A DNA stretch of 64,000 bases, from positions 544,001 through 608,000 of the forward strand of contig CAWBZV010000003.1 of the NCBI GenBank assembly GCA_963793305.1, in the 5' to 3' direction. Source of the DNA: an uncultured Gemmatimonadales bacterium (GTDB lineage Bacteria; Gemmatimonadota; Gemmatimonadetes; Gemmatimonadales; Gemmatimonadaceae). The position numbers and the translations under genes were made by a program. Each line of letters begins with the position of its first letter. Within the stretch, counting starts at the first letter, position 1. The notes beneath the pieces were generated by a model. That model was not told the origin of the DNA and made no database searches. It was given only the letters and a program-made list of their open reading frames with translations. Below, piece by piece: positions 49,414 to 59,808 of the stretch.

Positions 49414-50482
49414 ATGAAGCGCTTGGCCGTAGCTCTCGTCGCCTTGCTCCCGACCGCCGCACGCGCCCAGGAATCGTCGCCGCCGGAAATCGCGTATCGC
49501 TCCGTGCCGGACTTCCTCCAGCTGCCCGCTGAACGTCTCCTTCGGCGAGGTCGCCGGCGTCGCGACCAACTCCAAAGGGCACATCTTCGTGTTCTCCCGC
49601 GGCAACACGACCGGCCCGGCCTATGGGGCCGCCGCGGCGCAGCTCTACGAATTTGGGGCGGACGGCAAATACATCCGCGAAATCGGCCACAATCTCTACG
49701 CGTGGTCGTTCGCGCACTCGGTGCGCATCGACAAGCAGGACGACATCTGGGTGGCCGACAAAGGGTCGGATATGGTGATCGAGTTCAACCCGGCCGGGCG
49801 CGTCGTGATGGTGTTCGGTCGCAAGCAGGAAGCGTCGGACGAAGGCACCGCACCGCTCAAGCACCCGACCCCGCCGCTGCCGCCCGTTGACGGGCTGTTC
49901 CGACAGGTGACCGATATGGCGTGGGATGCGGCCGGCAACATCTATATCAGCGACGGCTACATCAACTCCCGCATCGCGAAATTCGACAAGGACGGCAACT
50001 GGATCAAATCCTGGGGCGAGCCGGGGAGCGAGCCAGGTCAGTTCAACACGCCGCACAATATCGCGGTCGACGCCAATGGCAACATCTACGTGGCGGATCG
50101 CGGCAACCGCCGCATACAGGTCTTCGACGGCGACGGCAAATTCCTGCGACAGATCACCATCGACGTTCCCATCCGCCCCGACGCGCGGCCCGCCATCGGC
50201 AACAGGCCCACGCAGGCCACAGGCACCATGGCGCCCGGCGCGCCGTGGACAGTGTGCATCACCCCGCCGCCGAACCAGGTGCTGTTCACGTCCGATGCGT
50301 TCCCCGGGAGGATCTACAAGCTCAGTCTCGATGGAAAAGTGTTGGGCTGGCTCGGGGAGTCCGGCAAAACTCTCAAGAAGTTCGGGTGGATACACGCCCT
50401 CGCGTGTCCGTCGGAAAACGAGCTGTATGTCGCCGAGTTGCTGAACTGGCGCGTGCAGAAACTCATTCTGTCGAGACCGTAA
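49414..50482 (+). CDS. Secreted NHL-repeat protein (peptidyl-alpha-hydroxyglycine lyase-like); one-base frameshift at ~49532
   Basis: RBS GAGGAG, signal peptide, AHSVRIDKQDDIWVAD, YISDGYINSRI, FNTPHNIAVD, YVADRGNRRIQVFD. Confidence 0.9.
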
Positions 50483-50553
50483 CACCGTGTTGTTCAAAGC
50501 CGTGGGCTTCTGTGCTGTAGTATTCACTACCGTGGGGTCGCTAATGTCGGCGC

Positions 50554-50832
50554 GTGCCACCCCGGAAGCGGTCCGTCGGCGACCTCAAGCCACTCGGTAG
50601 CGTCTTTCGCGCCCTGCGCAAGAAAACAGGCTTGAGCCAGGAGCGTCTGGCACTCGACTACGATCTCGATCGCGCCGCGGTCAGCTCTCTCGAACGGGGC
50701 AAGACCAACATCACGTTCAGTCGCATGCGCGACACGCTAACCGCGCTGGGCGCTTCCTGGGAGACGTTCGGGCGCGCGATGGATCAGGAAGCCCCGCTCC
50801 CGCCCCGGAAATCGCTCCGCCGACGAAGATGA
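50554..50832 (+). CDS. XRE/Cro-C1 HTH regulator
   Basis: RALRKKTGLSQERLA...DRAAVSSLERGKTN; short palindrome GTAGT-ATTC-ACTAC at 50517-50530 upstream. Confidence 0.85.
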   Translation: MPPRKRSVGDLKPLGSVFRALRKKTGLSQERLALDYDLDRAAVSSLERGKTNITFSRMRDTLTALGASWETFGRAMDQEAPLPPRKSLRRRR

Positions 50833-50975
50833 CAGAGTGGACGGATCCGCGGCATAGAACAACACGCTGACGACGCATCAATGCGGCGAAGCACATCCGA
50901 CCACGCATTGTGTACGGCTCGTCGCTCTCCGCAAGGCACAATATCGTTCCGACTTCTCTCGCCCGGGGAGGGGCC

Positions 50976-51203
50976 GTGACCAAGTTCAAATTTCGTCGCT
51001 GTACTTTCGAGCAGCACACCATCGTCGATGACGAAGGCCGCGTGATCGGACACATCCGCGTCACGCCCAACGCCATCCTCTGGAAATCGCCCGGCACATC
51101 ATCCTGGTACGTCGTCCCGCTCGGCGTATTCGCGGAATACGCCAAGCGGAGCGGCAGTAAGTGGCGTGGCCGTGGCCGGTTCGTTATTGCACCGCCGCGG
51201 TGA
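50976..51203 (+). CDS. Small basic hypothetical protein
   Basis: RBS GGAGGGG, GTG start, 75 aa (HTIVDDEGRVIGHIRVTPNAILWK). Confidence 0.55.
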   Translation: MTKFKFRRCTFEQHTIVDDEGRVIGHIRVTPNAILWKSPGTSSWYVVPLGVFAEYAKRSGSKWRGRGRFVIAPPR

Positions 51204-51234
51204 CGGGAGGATGGTTCACGACCGTCACCGTGAT
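51184..51234 (-). repeat. Orphan copy of the last 16 codons + stop of the CocE/NonD gene (direct repeat of 54242-54292)
   Basis: Both encode [16 protein letters not shown]. 45/51 nt identical; the 6 differences are synonymous third positions; 26-nt perfect block. Confidence 0.95.
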
Positions 51235-51300
51235 GAGCTATACGTGGCCGAGTTGCTGAACTGGCGCGTGCAGAAGCTCGTGCTGCAGCCGTTACACTAA
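51235..51300 (+). repeat. Orphan copy of the 3' end of the NHL gene (direct repeat of 50420-50482)
   Basis: ELYVAELLNWRVQKLVLQPLH* versus ELYVAELLNWRVQKLILSRP*; 29-nt perfect block (51247-51275 = 50432-50460). Confidence 0.95.
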
Positions 51301-51338
51301 CCGCTTAGCGAAACGCCACCCCCGTGCGTCTACCGGGG

Positions 51339-52595
51339 ATGCGACATGCCCACACTCTCGCGACCCTCGCCCTGATCGGCTGTTCCGGCGGTAACACCAC
51401 CCCGACGCCGCCGGTCACCAAAACCATAGCCGGCATCGCCGTCACCGGCCAACCGGTCAAAGTCTTCGATCACAATACCGACCAACAGTCGCCGAACAAC
51501 ATCCCGGACGCGCAGACCACGGCGTGGAAAGAGGCTGACGGCACCGTCAACCTCATGATCGCCGCGTCCGATGCCTATCGGATGCGCGGGCCGGACTTCG
51601 CGCACCTCGTGATCGACCCGCACATGATCTATTCGTCCGACGCCAGCGCGGGCCAGATTCCCGAGAATCTCGACAACTACGCCCACTGGCTGATGGGCCC
51701 ATACTCCCTCGACGGCCAGACCTTCTACTCGATCACCCACAGCGAGTGGTACGCCTGCCTCCTCGACAACGACTGCTCGGCCAACGGCTACGTGTCACAA
51801 GGCAATAGCTGGGTCGCGAGCTCGAACGCGTTCGTGTCCCACGACGGCGGTGCCTCGTGGCAGCTCAACACCGCCGGCGGCACCCACATTGCGTTCGACC
51901 CGGGGTACCACTGGACCGGCACGCTCGCGTTCCAGGACACGATCTGGGCCTACGCCGACAATCACACCGGGACGTTCCAGCCGACCCGGGTCGTTCACGA
52001 AGGCTCGTACTTCTACTGCATCGCGTTCTACATCCACCGCGACTTCACCCAGATCAATCCGTCGCAGGGCGTCTACAGTGCGCCAGTCGATGCCACCGGC
52101 TACGTGCTCCTCCGCACGGCCGACATCACGAGCGCCGCTGGCTGGCAAGCGTGGACCGGCGGAAGCACGTTCCAGCCCGTGGCCAACGGCCAGTTCCAGA
52201 CGTTCTCGCCACTTGAGAACGGCTCGCCACTGAGCGCGGCGCCGCCACAGATCATTGACGACACGACCGCCAAGCAGTACATCCTGATCTTCACGCTCTT
52301 CGGCGGCAGCAACCCCGTGTACTATATGACGACGACGTCCCTCGCGAATCCGTCGTGGAGCGACGCCGCGACGATCAGCGGCACGGCGAGCCTCGTCACC
52401 GATCCCGCCGGCAATGTGGTCGGGTTCAATGACGGCAACTACACGTCGATCATCGACACGAGCTCTCCGGGATACAATTTCGAGTTTACGGGCGGGAGCC
52501 CGATGCTATTCTATAGCACGTTCCCGGCGAACTACGGCGGCGACAACATCGCGCGCGACCTCTATCGCGTCCAATTGTCGATCACGTACCGGTAG
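51339..52595 (+). CDS. Hypothetical lipoprotein, beta-rich (possible propeller glycoside-hydrolase-like fold)
   Basis: Lipobox LIGC, Asp-box-like SHDGGASW, strong coding bias. Confidence 0.7.
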   Translation: MRHAHTLATLALIGCSGGNTTPTPPVTKTIAGIAVTGQPVKVFDHNTDQQSPNNIPDAQTTAWKEADGTVNLMIAASDAYRMRGPDFAHLVIDPHMIYSSDASAGQIPENLDNYAHWLMGPYSLDGQTFYSITHSEWYACLLDNDCSANGYVSQGNSWVASSNAFVSHDGGASWQLNTAGGTHIAFDPGYHWTGTLAFQDTIWAYADNHTGTFQPTRVVHEGSYFYCIAFYIHRDFTQINPSQGVYSAPVDATGYVLLRTADITSAAGWQAWTGGSTFQPVANGQFQTFSPLENGSPLSAAPPQIIDDTTAKQYILIFTLFGGSNPVYYMTTTSLANPSWSDAATISGTASLVTDPAGNVVGFNDGNYTSIIDTSSPGYNFEFTGGSPMLFYSTFPANYGGDNIARDLYRVQLSITYR

Positions 52596-52661
52596 TCGGC
52601 GCGTGTAACAGATTCTGTATCACGACGTGCCGTGCCCCATTCTTGCAGGAGTGCCAACCCC

Positions 52662-53126
52662 ATGAAAAACATCCTTGGCATCTTCGCCACCTGCATCGGG
52701 CTCGCGGGAGTCGCCGCGACGGCGAGCGCCCAGCCGTTACCGGGTGCGCATCCGTATTACCTGCATGCCCTGACCGACCTTCGCGCCGCGCGATGGTTGC
52801 TCTACCATCAAAGCGGCGATGCGAAAGTGTACGCCGGCGAAGATGAGGGTATTCGCGAGATCGACGCTGCGATCGGCGAGATGAAGCGGGCGGCGATTGA
52901 TGACGGAAAAGATATCAACGATCATCCGCAGCTCGATGTGAACGACCACGGCAGCCGCCTGCTCAAGGCGATGGAGAACCTGAAGCAGGCGCACGCCGAC
53001 GCCGATCACGAAGAGGACAATCCGCAGCTGCAGGGGCTCAAGCACCGCATCATAGACCACATCGACAAGGCCCAGCACGCGGCGGGTGTAGCCCACCAGC
53101 AGTGGCTCGACGAGATGAAGAAATAA
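52662..53126 (+). CDS. Secreted His-rich helical hypothetical protein
   Basis: RBS AGGAG, signal peptide ending ASA, HPYYLHALTDLRAARWLL. Confidence 0.75.
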   Translation: MKNILGIFATCIGLAGVAATASAQPLPGAHPYYLHALTDLRAARWLLYHQSGDAKVYAGEDEGIREIDAAIGEMKRAAIDDGKDINDHPQLDVNDHGSRLLKAMENLKQAHADADHEEDNPQLQGLKHRIIDHIDKAQHAAGVAHQQWLDEMKK

Positions 53127-53209
53127 CGCGGTGCTCGCCCGCTGTGCTATTGTACCGCGCGGCCCCCAATTACCGTTTTCGACGCGCATGTTGCGTCGTG
53201 ACAAACGAG

Positions 53210-54205
53210 CTAACGCACGCGCAGCACCAGCTTTCCCACAATGTGCCCCTGCGCGAGGCGCTCATGCGCTTTCGCGGCGTCCGCTAGCGCATACTCGCCC
53301 GCGATCGGCACACGCACGCGCCCTTGCTCGATCGCGCGTGACAGATGCTCGAACTGCTTCACACCCGGCACGCCATCGTATGGCGTCGTCTCGATCCCGC
53401 GCCGCCGCTTGGGCACCGGGTCGATGCCATTGGGATACGCCAGACGCCCACCGGCGCGCAATGACTTGATGCAGAGCTCCAGCACCTCGCCACCAGCGAG
53501 CCCCAGTACCGCGTCGGCGCCGTCCGGCGCGAAGCGGTGGATCGCGGCGGCGAGGTCGCCCGAGTGCCCATTGACTGCTTCGTCCGCTCCCAGACTCTTC
53601 ACGAGCGCGACGCCGTCCTGGCCTGAGCCGATCGCCAGCACCCGCGCGCGGCGCAGCTTCGCGAACTGCACCGCGAGCGTGCCCAAGCCGCCCAATGCGC
53701 CGTATATGATCAGGGCCTCGTCGTGCTTCACATGCAAAGCGTCGTCGATGCCCTGAAGCGCCGTGAGCCCAGACGCCGGAGCCGCGCCAGCTTGTACCAT
53801 GTCCAGCGGCTTCGGCACCGCCGCCGCGTTGTCCGCGGGTACCGCGACATACTCGGCGTAGAATCCGCCCTTGGTGGTGTCCCACACGAACCCGTAGACC
53901 GGCTCGCCGAGTGTGAACCGGCGCACGCGCGAGCCCAACGCGGCTACTGTGCCGGACCCGTCCGTGCCAAGCACGAGCGGATAGCGCAATGGCTTCTCGG
54001 TCGGCGACCAGCCACCGCGAATGTCCGCGTCCCACTTGGCGACGCCAGCGGTATCGACCGCAATCAGAATCTCGTGCGCGTCGGGCACCGGAACCGGCAG
54101 CGAGTGCACCGAGAAAACCTCGGGGCCGCCGGCGCGGTCGATCGCGGCCGCGCGCATCGTCGCCGGAATGGCCGCGCGCGCTTGGGGAACGGTCTTCGTC
54201 ATCAT
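53210..54205 (-). CDS. NADP-dependent oxidoreductase (MDR/quinone-reductase-like)
   Basis: MRAAAI, LGTDGSGTV, GFYAEYV, GALGGLGTLAVQFAK, GHIVGKLVL. Confidence 0.92.
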   Translation of the reverse strand: MMTKTVPQARAAIPATMRAAAIDRAGGPEVFSVHSLPVPVPDAHEILIAVDTAGVAKWDADIRGGWSPTEKPLRYPLVLGTDGSGTVAALGSRVRRFTLGEPVYGFVWDTTKGGFYAEYVAVPADNAAAVPKPLDMVQAGAAPASGLTALQGIDDALHVKHDEALIIYGALGGLGTLAVQFAKLRRARVLAIGSGQDGVALVKSLGADEAVNGHSGDLAAAIHRFAPDGADAVLGLAGGEVLELCIKSLRAGGRLAYPNGIDPVPKRRRGIETTPYDGVPGVKQFEHLSRAIEQGRVRVPIAGEYALADAAKAHERLAQGHIVGKLVLRVR

Positions 54206-54241
54206 ACCGTTCGTCCTGCAATAAGCGCGCGCGGGACCAGC

Positions 54242-56168
54242 TTATTGCACGGCGGCCGTCACCGGTGGATGGTTCACGACCGTCACCGTGATCGACGACG
54301 GATACTGCTTCGAGTGATGTACGACATTGTGCGCCACGACTGGGTTCGTCTCGTCGTAGTTGTTGCCACCCGTGTTCAAGTTCCGGTCGAACCGAGGGAA
54401 GTTCGAGCTCGACACCTCGATCCGAAGCTTGTGCCCCGTGTCGAAGTAATCACTCGTGCTCATGGGCCCGAGCGCGACCTTGTAGACCTTGCCGGGCTCC
54501 ATCCACACTTTCTTGTCGTATCCCTCACGATAGCGAACGCGCTGGATCGTCTCGTCCAGGTTATAGGCGCGACCGTCCGGATAGACGTTCGATCAGCTTC
54601 ACCGTGAAATCCGTGTCCTTGCGGTCAGATGACACGTACAGGTTCACCGAGATCGGACCCGAGAGCTCCGTCGGCTTCGTGAACGCGTCGGTCGTGTACA
54701 CCAACACATCCGGACGCGTCTCCATCTTCCGCTGATCATACGAGCCCGCCAACGTCCCCGGCTGACAACAGACATTCCCGCCGTAGCTCGGTACCGGGTT
54801 CATGGGATCGTAGGTGAACGTCTCGGGTTTGTCGGCGCCAGCGGTCTTCGGCGACAGAGCGCCACTCGCATTCAAATAAAACGTCATCGGCTCCGCGCCC
54901 TTGGGCGGCCACGTATCCGACGTCTGCCACTTGTTGAGCCCCATCGTGTAGTAGCGCACGTGCGGCAACGTATCCAGCAAATGGTTGTCCGCGCCGTTCA
55001 AGAAATGGTCGAACCACGAGTACACGAGCGAGTCGTACCCGTAGCGCGCGTCGCCCATCCAACGCTCGCCCACCACCGTCGAATCCGTCGCGCGCTTGTA
55101 GGCGCAGTGACCGACCGGCGCGATCACCACGTACTGATTCTTGGCGATCTCCGGAGACGCGGTCTTTCGGACGTGATTGAACAGCTCCAGGTTCGGGCTG
55201 ATCGACACGTCGTACCACGACATGAACCACAAACTCGGCACCTTGAACGGCATGTCGTCGTGATACAACCCGCCCCGATACCACGCCGAATCGTTCGGCG
55301 TCCGCTGAATCATGTCGCCGCCCGTCGCGATCCCCTTGACCGAGTCCGCGAAAATCCCCGGCGGTCCATCGATCGCCTTGAAGATGTCCTGCTCCGGCAG
55401 ATGCTTGAACGCTTCCGGCCAATCCACCCTCGGCGCGTGCGGCGCGAGGTCGTAATACCGCGACTCCTCCTCGAGCTGCTGCGACGTCATGCCCGACCGG
55501 AACGCCGGACGCCCCGGCGTCTGCTCGCCGTACAACCAATCAATAAAGAGCATCTGCACCGCGCCGCCACGATACCAGTTGCCCTGCTCATAGAAGGGCC
55601 CCACCCGACCGACACCGGCGCCAAACCCCTGCGGCACCATCGCCGCATGACCCGGCGCACCCAACGCCGCCACCCCCATCTGCCACTCGGCCGTCGATGA
55701 ACACCCCAACGTGCCGAGCTTGCCGTTGGACCACGCCTGCGTCGTGATCCACTGAATCGCATCGTAGCCGTCCGTGCGCGGCGGCCCCAAAATATCCCAC
55801 GTGCCCTCGCTCCAGAACTTGCCACGCTCGTTCTGCACGACATACGCGTAGCCGCGCTTGACCGCATCCAAGGCCGCCGTCGCGTCGCGCGGCACGCCAT
55901 ACTGCACGTCGTACCAGTTGAAGTTGTACGGCGTGCGGACGAAAATCGTCGCGTATTTTCCGTCGCCCTTGGGACGGTAGACATCGGTCGACAGGTGAAC
56001 GCCGTCCCGCATCGGAACCATCAGCTTATGCTCAACAGTCGCGATCGACTCGAGATCCGCGTACGTCTTCGAACGCTGCGCGAGCTGCTCGGGCGTCGGT
56101 GCAGCGGGTTGGGCAGCAGCCTGAACCGCGGTGGCGAGCAGGGCAGCGGAAAGGAACAGGTGGCGCAC
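54242..56168 (-). CDS. CocE/NonD-family hydrolase; one-base frameshift at ~54588
   Basis: [33 protein letters not shown]; corrected [29 protein letters not shown]. Confidence 0.92.
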
Positions 56169-56252
56169 GGTAACTCCCTAATGAAATCGCCTTGAGCTCG
56201 ATGTCGACAACCTGTATACAACCAGACAAATACGCGACAACTCTCGGGCGCG

Positions 56253-57683
56253 TTGACCGAAGCACACTGTCCATCGGTGAGCCGGACTGAACGCTCCGCC
56301 CAGGTGCTCGCCGTGGCGATCCTCGCTCTCGCCGCGGCCGGCTCCCTCACGGTGCTCATCTATGCCATCGGGCACATTCCTCCGACCCGTGGCCTCTATG
56401 TCGTGCTCTACGATGTCACCCCCACGATCGTGCTGCTCGCCGCTGTGGCCGGCCTCGTCGCGCGCGGCGCAACGCGACTCGGGGTCGCGAGCTGTGTCGT
56501 CGCCGCGGGCCTCGCGTGTTACGTCGCCGAAGCGACGCTCGCGATTCGAGAGGGATCGTACCTCCCGTACGTGCCCGCGATGCGGACTCCCCGACCGCCA
56601 TGGCTCTATGGGCCGTGGGACGCGCGCTCGCGCCTCGCCGTCATCCTGGATCTGCGCGCCCGCGGCGTTGACGCCTACCCGGCCCCGAATCGACTGGAGC
56701 AGATGGCCGTGTACCGCGCCGAGGGTGCGGGGCTGTCCCTCTATCCGCTCGGTGGCATCGCGAATGTGCCGACCGTGTTCTGCAACGAGAGCGGCGCGTT
56801 CGCGAACTACGCGAGCGACGGCCGTGGGTTCAACAATCCGCCGAGCGCCTGGCGAGACGGAGCAGCCGACGTGGTGGTGATCGGCGACTCCTTCGCGCAC
56901 GGCGCGTGCGTGGACACATCGGTGACGATCGCCAGCGATATCCGACGGACGTACCCCGCCACCGTGACGCTCGGCATGGCTGGGAGCGGACCACTGCACG
57001 AGCTCGCGACGCTCCGCGAATACGCGACCACTCTCCGCCCTCGTGTCGTGGTCTGGCTCTACTTTTCGGAAAACGACTTCTCGGATTTCGAGGAAGAGCG
57101 CTCGGACGGCATGCTCGCTCGGTATCGCGAGCGCACGTTTCGACAGGGCTTGCTCTCCCGGCAACCGGAGATCGACTCGGTCCTGCGAGTGCACTTCGAC
57201 GGCACGATCGCCCGACAGACCACGGCGGCGCACCACCCATGGCTGGAGAATGCCAAGGGATTTCTCCTGCTCCAGCACGTTCGCCGGCATGCGTTCCCTC
57301 TCCTGGTTGTGCACGGCGCCGTGCCGTCCGACCTTCCGTGCTCGGCCGATCGATTCAGTCAGGTCGTCGACGTGATCGCGAACGCGCAAGCCGAGGCGGC
57401 AACGTGGGGAGGGAAATTCTATTTCGTGTATCTCGCGGAATGGGGACGCGCCGACCTGATAGACCATTGCGCACCCCGACGCGAGGCCTTGCTGAGGGCA
57501 CTCGACCGGCGCGGCGTGCCATTGATCGATCTCGAAGCGCGCTTCGCCATCGCCGACTCAGCGCAGCGGCTACTCTGGCGGCCTCACGCCGACGCGCACT
57601 ACACGCCGGCCGGATACGCCGTTGCCGCTCAGACCATCCTGGACCGCCTCGAGGCCGATCGCGCCGTGTTGACGGCCAAGTAG
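56253..57683 (+). CDS. Membrane-anchored SGNH-like (AlgX/AlgJ-like) protein
   Basis: N-terminal TM helices, IGDSFAHG, ENDF, DAHYTPAGY. Confidence 0.7.
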   Translation: MTEAHCPSVSRTERSAQVLAVAILALAAAGSLTVLIYAIGHIPPTRGLYVVLYDVTPTIVLLAAVAGLVARGATRLGVASCVVAAGLACYVAEATLAIREGSYLPYVPAMRTPRPPWLYGPWDARSRLAVILDLRARGVDAYPAPNRLEQMAVYRAEGAGLSLYPLGGIANVPTVFCNESGAFANYASDGRGFNNPPSAWRDGAADVVVIGDSFAHGACVDTSVTIASDIRRTYPATVTLGMAGSGPLHELATLREYATTLRPRVVVWLYFSENDFSDFEEERSDGMLARYRERTFRQGLLSRQPEIDSVLRVHFDGTIARQTTAAHHPWLENAKGFLLLQHVRRHAFPLLVVHGAVPSDLPCSADRFSQVVDVIANAQAEAATWGGKFYFVYLAEWGRADLIDHCAPRREALLRALDRRGVPLIDLEARFAIADSAQRLLWRPHADAHYTPAGYAVAAQTILDRLEADRAVLTAK

Positions 57684-57715
57684 CGCGCGGCGCGTGGTCG
57701 GGTTTTCTTTCGCGC

Positions 57716-59808
57716 ATGCGTTGGGCGATACTGACTCTGGCGCTCGCTGCGGGCGTCGCCCAGGCGCAGCAAGGCCCAGCCGTCACGCGGTTCGTCGACT
57801 CCGTCCTCGCGCGCATGACGCTCGAGGAGAAAGCCGGACAGCTCAATCTCGTCCGCGGCGAAGGCACCCTCACCGGTCCCGCCTCCCGCGCCGGCAGCGA
57901 CTCGGCCGTCCGCGTGGGACGCATCGGTCTCTTCTATGGCGTGCGCAGTCTCGCCGCGACGCGCCACCTGCAGCGCATCGCCGTCACCGAGACGCGGCTC
58001 CACATCCCGCTCCTCTTCGCCGACGACGCGATCCATGGGTATCGCACCATCTTCCCCGTGCCGCTCGCCGAAGCCGCGAGTTGGGATCCCGATGCGGCCG
58101 AACGCTCGGCGCGCATCACCGCCATCGAAGTCGCCAACGATGGCATCCAGTGGACGTACGCGCCCATGGTCGACATCGCGCGCGATCCCCGATGGGGACG
58201 CATAGTCGAAGGCTCCGGCGAAGATCCGTATCTCGGCTCCGTGTTCGCCGCCGCTCGGGTCAAAGGGTTCCAAGGGGCCAACCCGCGCGTCATCGCCACC
58301 GCCAAACACTTCGTCGCGTACGGCGCGGCGGAAGGTGGCCGGGACTACAACACCGCCAACGTCTCGGACTCCACGCTGCGCGACGTGTACCTGCCGCCGT
58401 TCAAGGCCGCGGTCGACGCCGGCGCGATGTCGGTCATGGCGGCGTTCGACGCGCTCGACGGCGTGCCCATGCACGCGAATCGACGGCTCATTACGGGCGT
58501 CCTGCGCGACGAATGGCATTTTGGTGGGGTCGTCGTCAGCGACTACACCGGGATCATGGAGCTCATGCGACACGGCGTCGCCGGACTCGCCGGCCGAGGC
58601 GGCCGAACGGGCCATCAACGCCGGCGTCGACGCGGATATGGTCAGCGAGATCTACGTGAACGAGCTGCCCGGGCTCGTGCGCTCAGGGCGCGTCAAGGTC
58701 ACTACTATAGACGCGGCCGTCCGGCGGGTGCTACGAGCCAAGTACGAGCTCGGGCTCTTTCAAAATCCCTATCGATACGGGGACTCGACGGCGTCCGACA
58801 CGCTCTATCGCTCCGAGGCTCGCCGCATCGCGCGGGAGTCTATCGTGTTGCTCGAAAATCGGCAGCACACGCTCCCGTTCTCGAAAAACATCAAGACGCT
58901 GGCGGTCATTGGGCCACTCGCCAGCGACTCGGTATCGGCCCTCGGTCCATGGGCGGCCATCGGGAATCCCAACGAGGCCGTCAGCGTGCTCGCTGGAATA
59001 CGGCGGGCCGTGTCGAGCGAGACCCGCGTCGTATTTGGACCAGATCCCAACGCGGACGCGATCGTGCTCGTCCTCGGCGAGACGAGCGACATGAGCGGCG
59101 AGGCCAGCAGCCGCGCGTTCCTGGATCTGCCTGGCGATCAAGAGGCGCTGGCCGAGGCGGTTATTGCTGCCGGGAAACCGGTTGCCGTCGTGCTACTCAA
59201 TGGGCGGCCGCTCTCAGTCGGTTGGCTGCACGAGCACGCGCCCGCGATGATCGACGCGTGGTTCCTGGGGTCCGAGATGGGCAACGCCGTCGCCGAACGT
59301 CTTGTTCGGCGACTATAACCCCGGCGGGAAACTTCCCGTCACGTTCCCGCGAACCGTCGGACAGGTGCCCATCTATTATGATCACCTGCCGACTGGCCGG
59401 CCGCCCGATCCCAACGAGCACTATACGTCCAAGTACATCGACGAGCCCTGGACGCCGCTCTACCCGTTCGGATATGGGCTCAGCTATACGACGTTCGGAT
59501 ATGATGCGATGACCGCGCGCATAGAGAACGACAGCCTGCGGGTATCAGCCGTTGTCACCAATACGGGCGACCGCGATGGCGACGAGGTGGTGCAGTGCTA
59601 CACGCATACCCTGGTCGCGCACGTCAGTCGGCCAGTCAGGGTGCTACAGGGCTTTCAGCGCATCCATCTCTCGTCAGGCGAACACCGCACGCTGACGTTT
59701 GCGATCCCGCGGAGCCGCCTCGGCGTAGACGAGCCGACGACGGTCGACGTATACGTGGGACCGAATTCGGTTGAAGGACCTCCGATCCACACGACGGTCC
59801 GGCCGTAG
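57716..59808 (+). CDS. bglX: GH3 beta-glucosidase (BglX-like); frameshifts at ~58583 and ~59296
   Basis: MTLEEKAGQL, RDPRWGRIVEGSGEDP, KHFVAYG, VVSDY, MSGEASSR, FGDYNPGGKLPVTFP, PLYPFGYGLSYT. Confidence 0.92.

Noticed and set aside
53140..53212. Possible third NHL/CocE junction (CTATTGTACCGC = AVQ* on minus; AAACGAGCT nearby)
   Set aside because: Only 9-12 nt matches and the flanking codons do not align, so this is compatible with chance.
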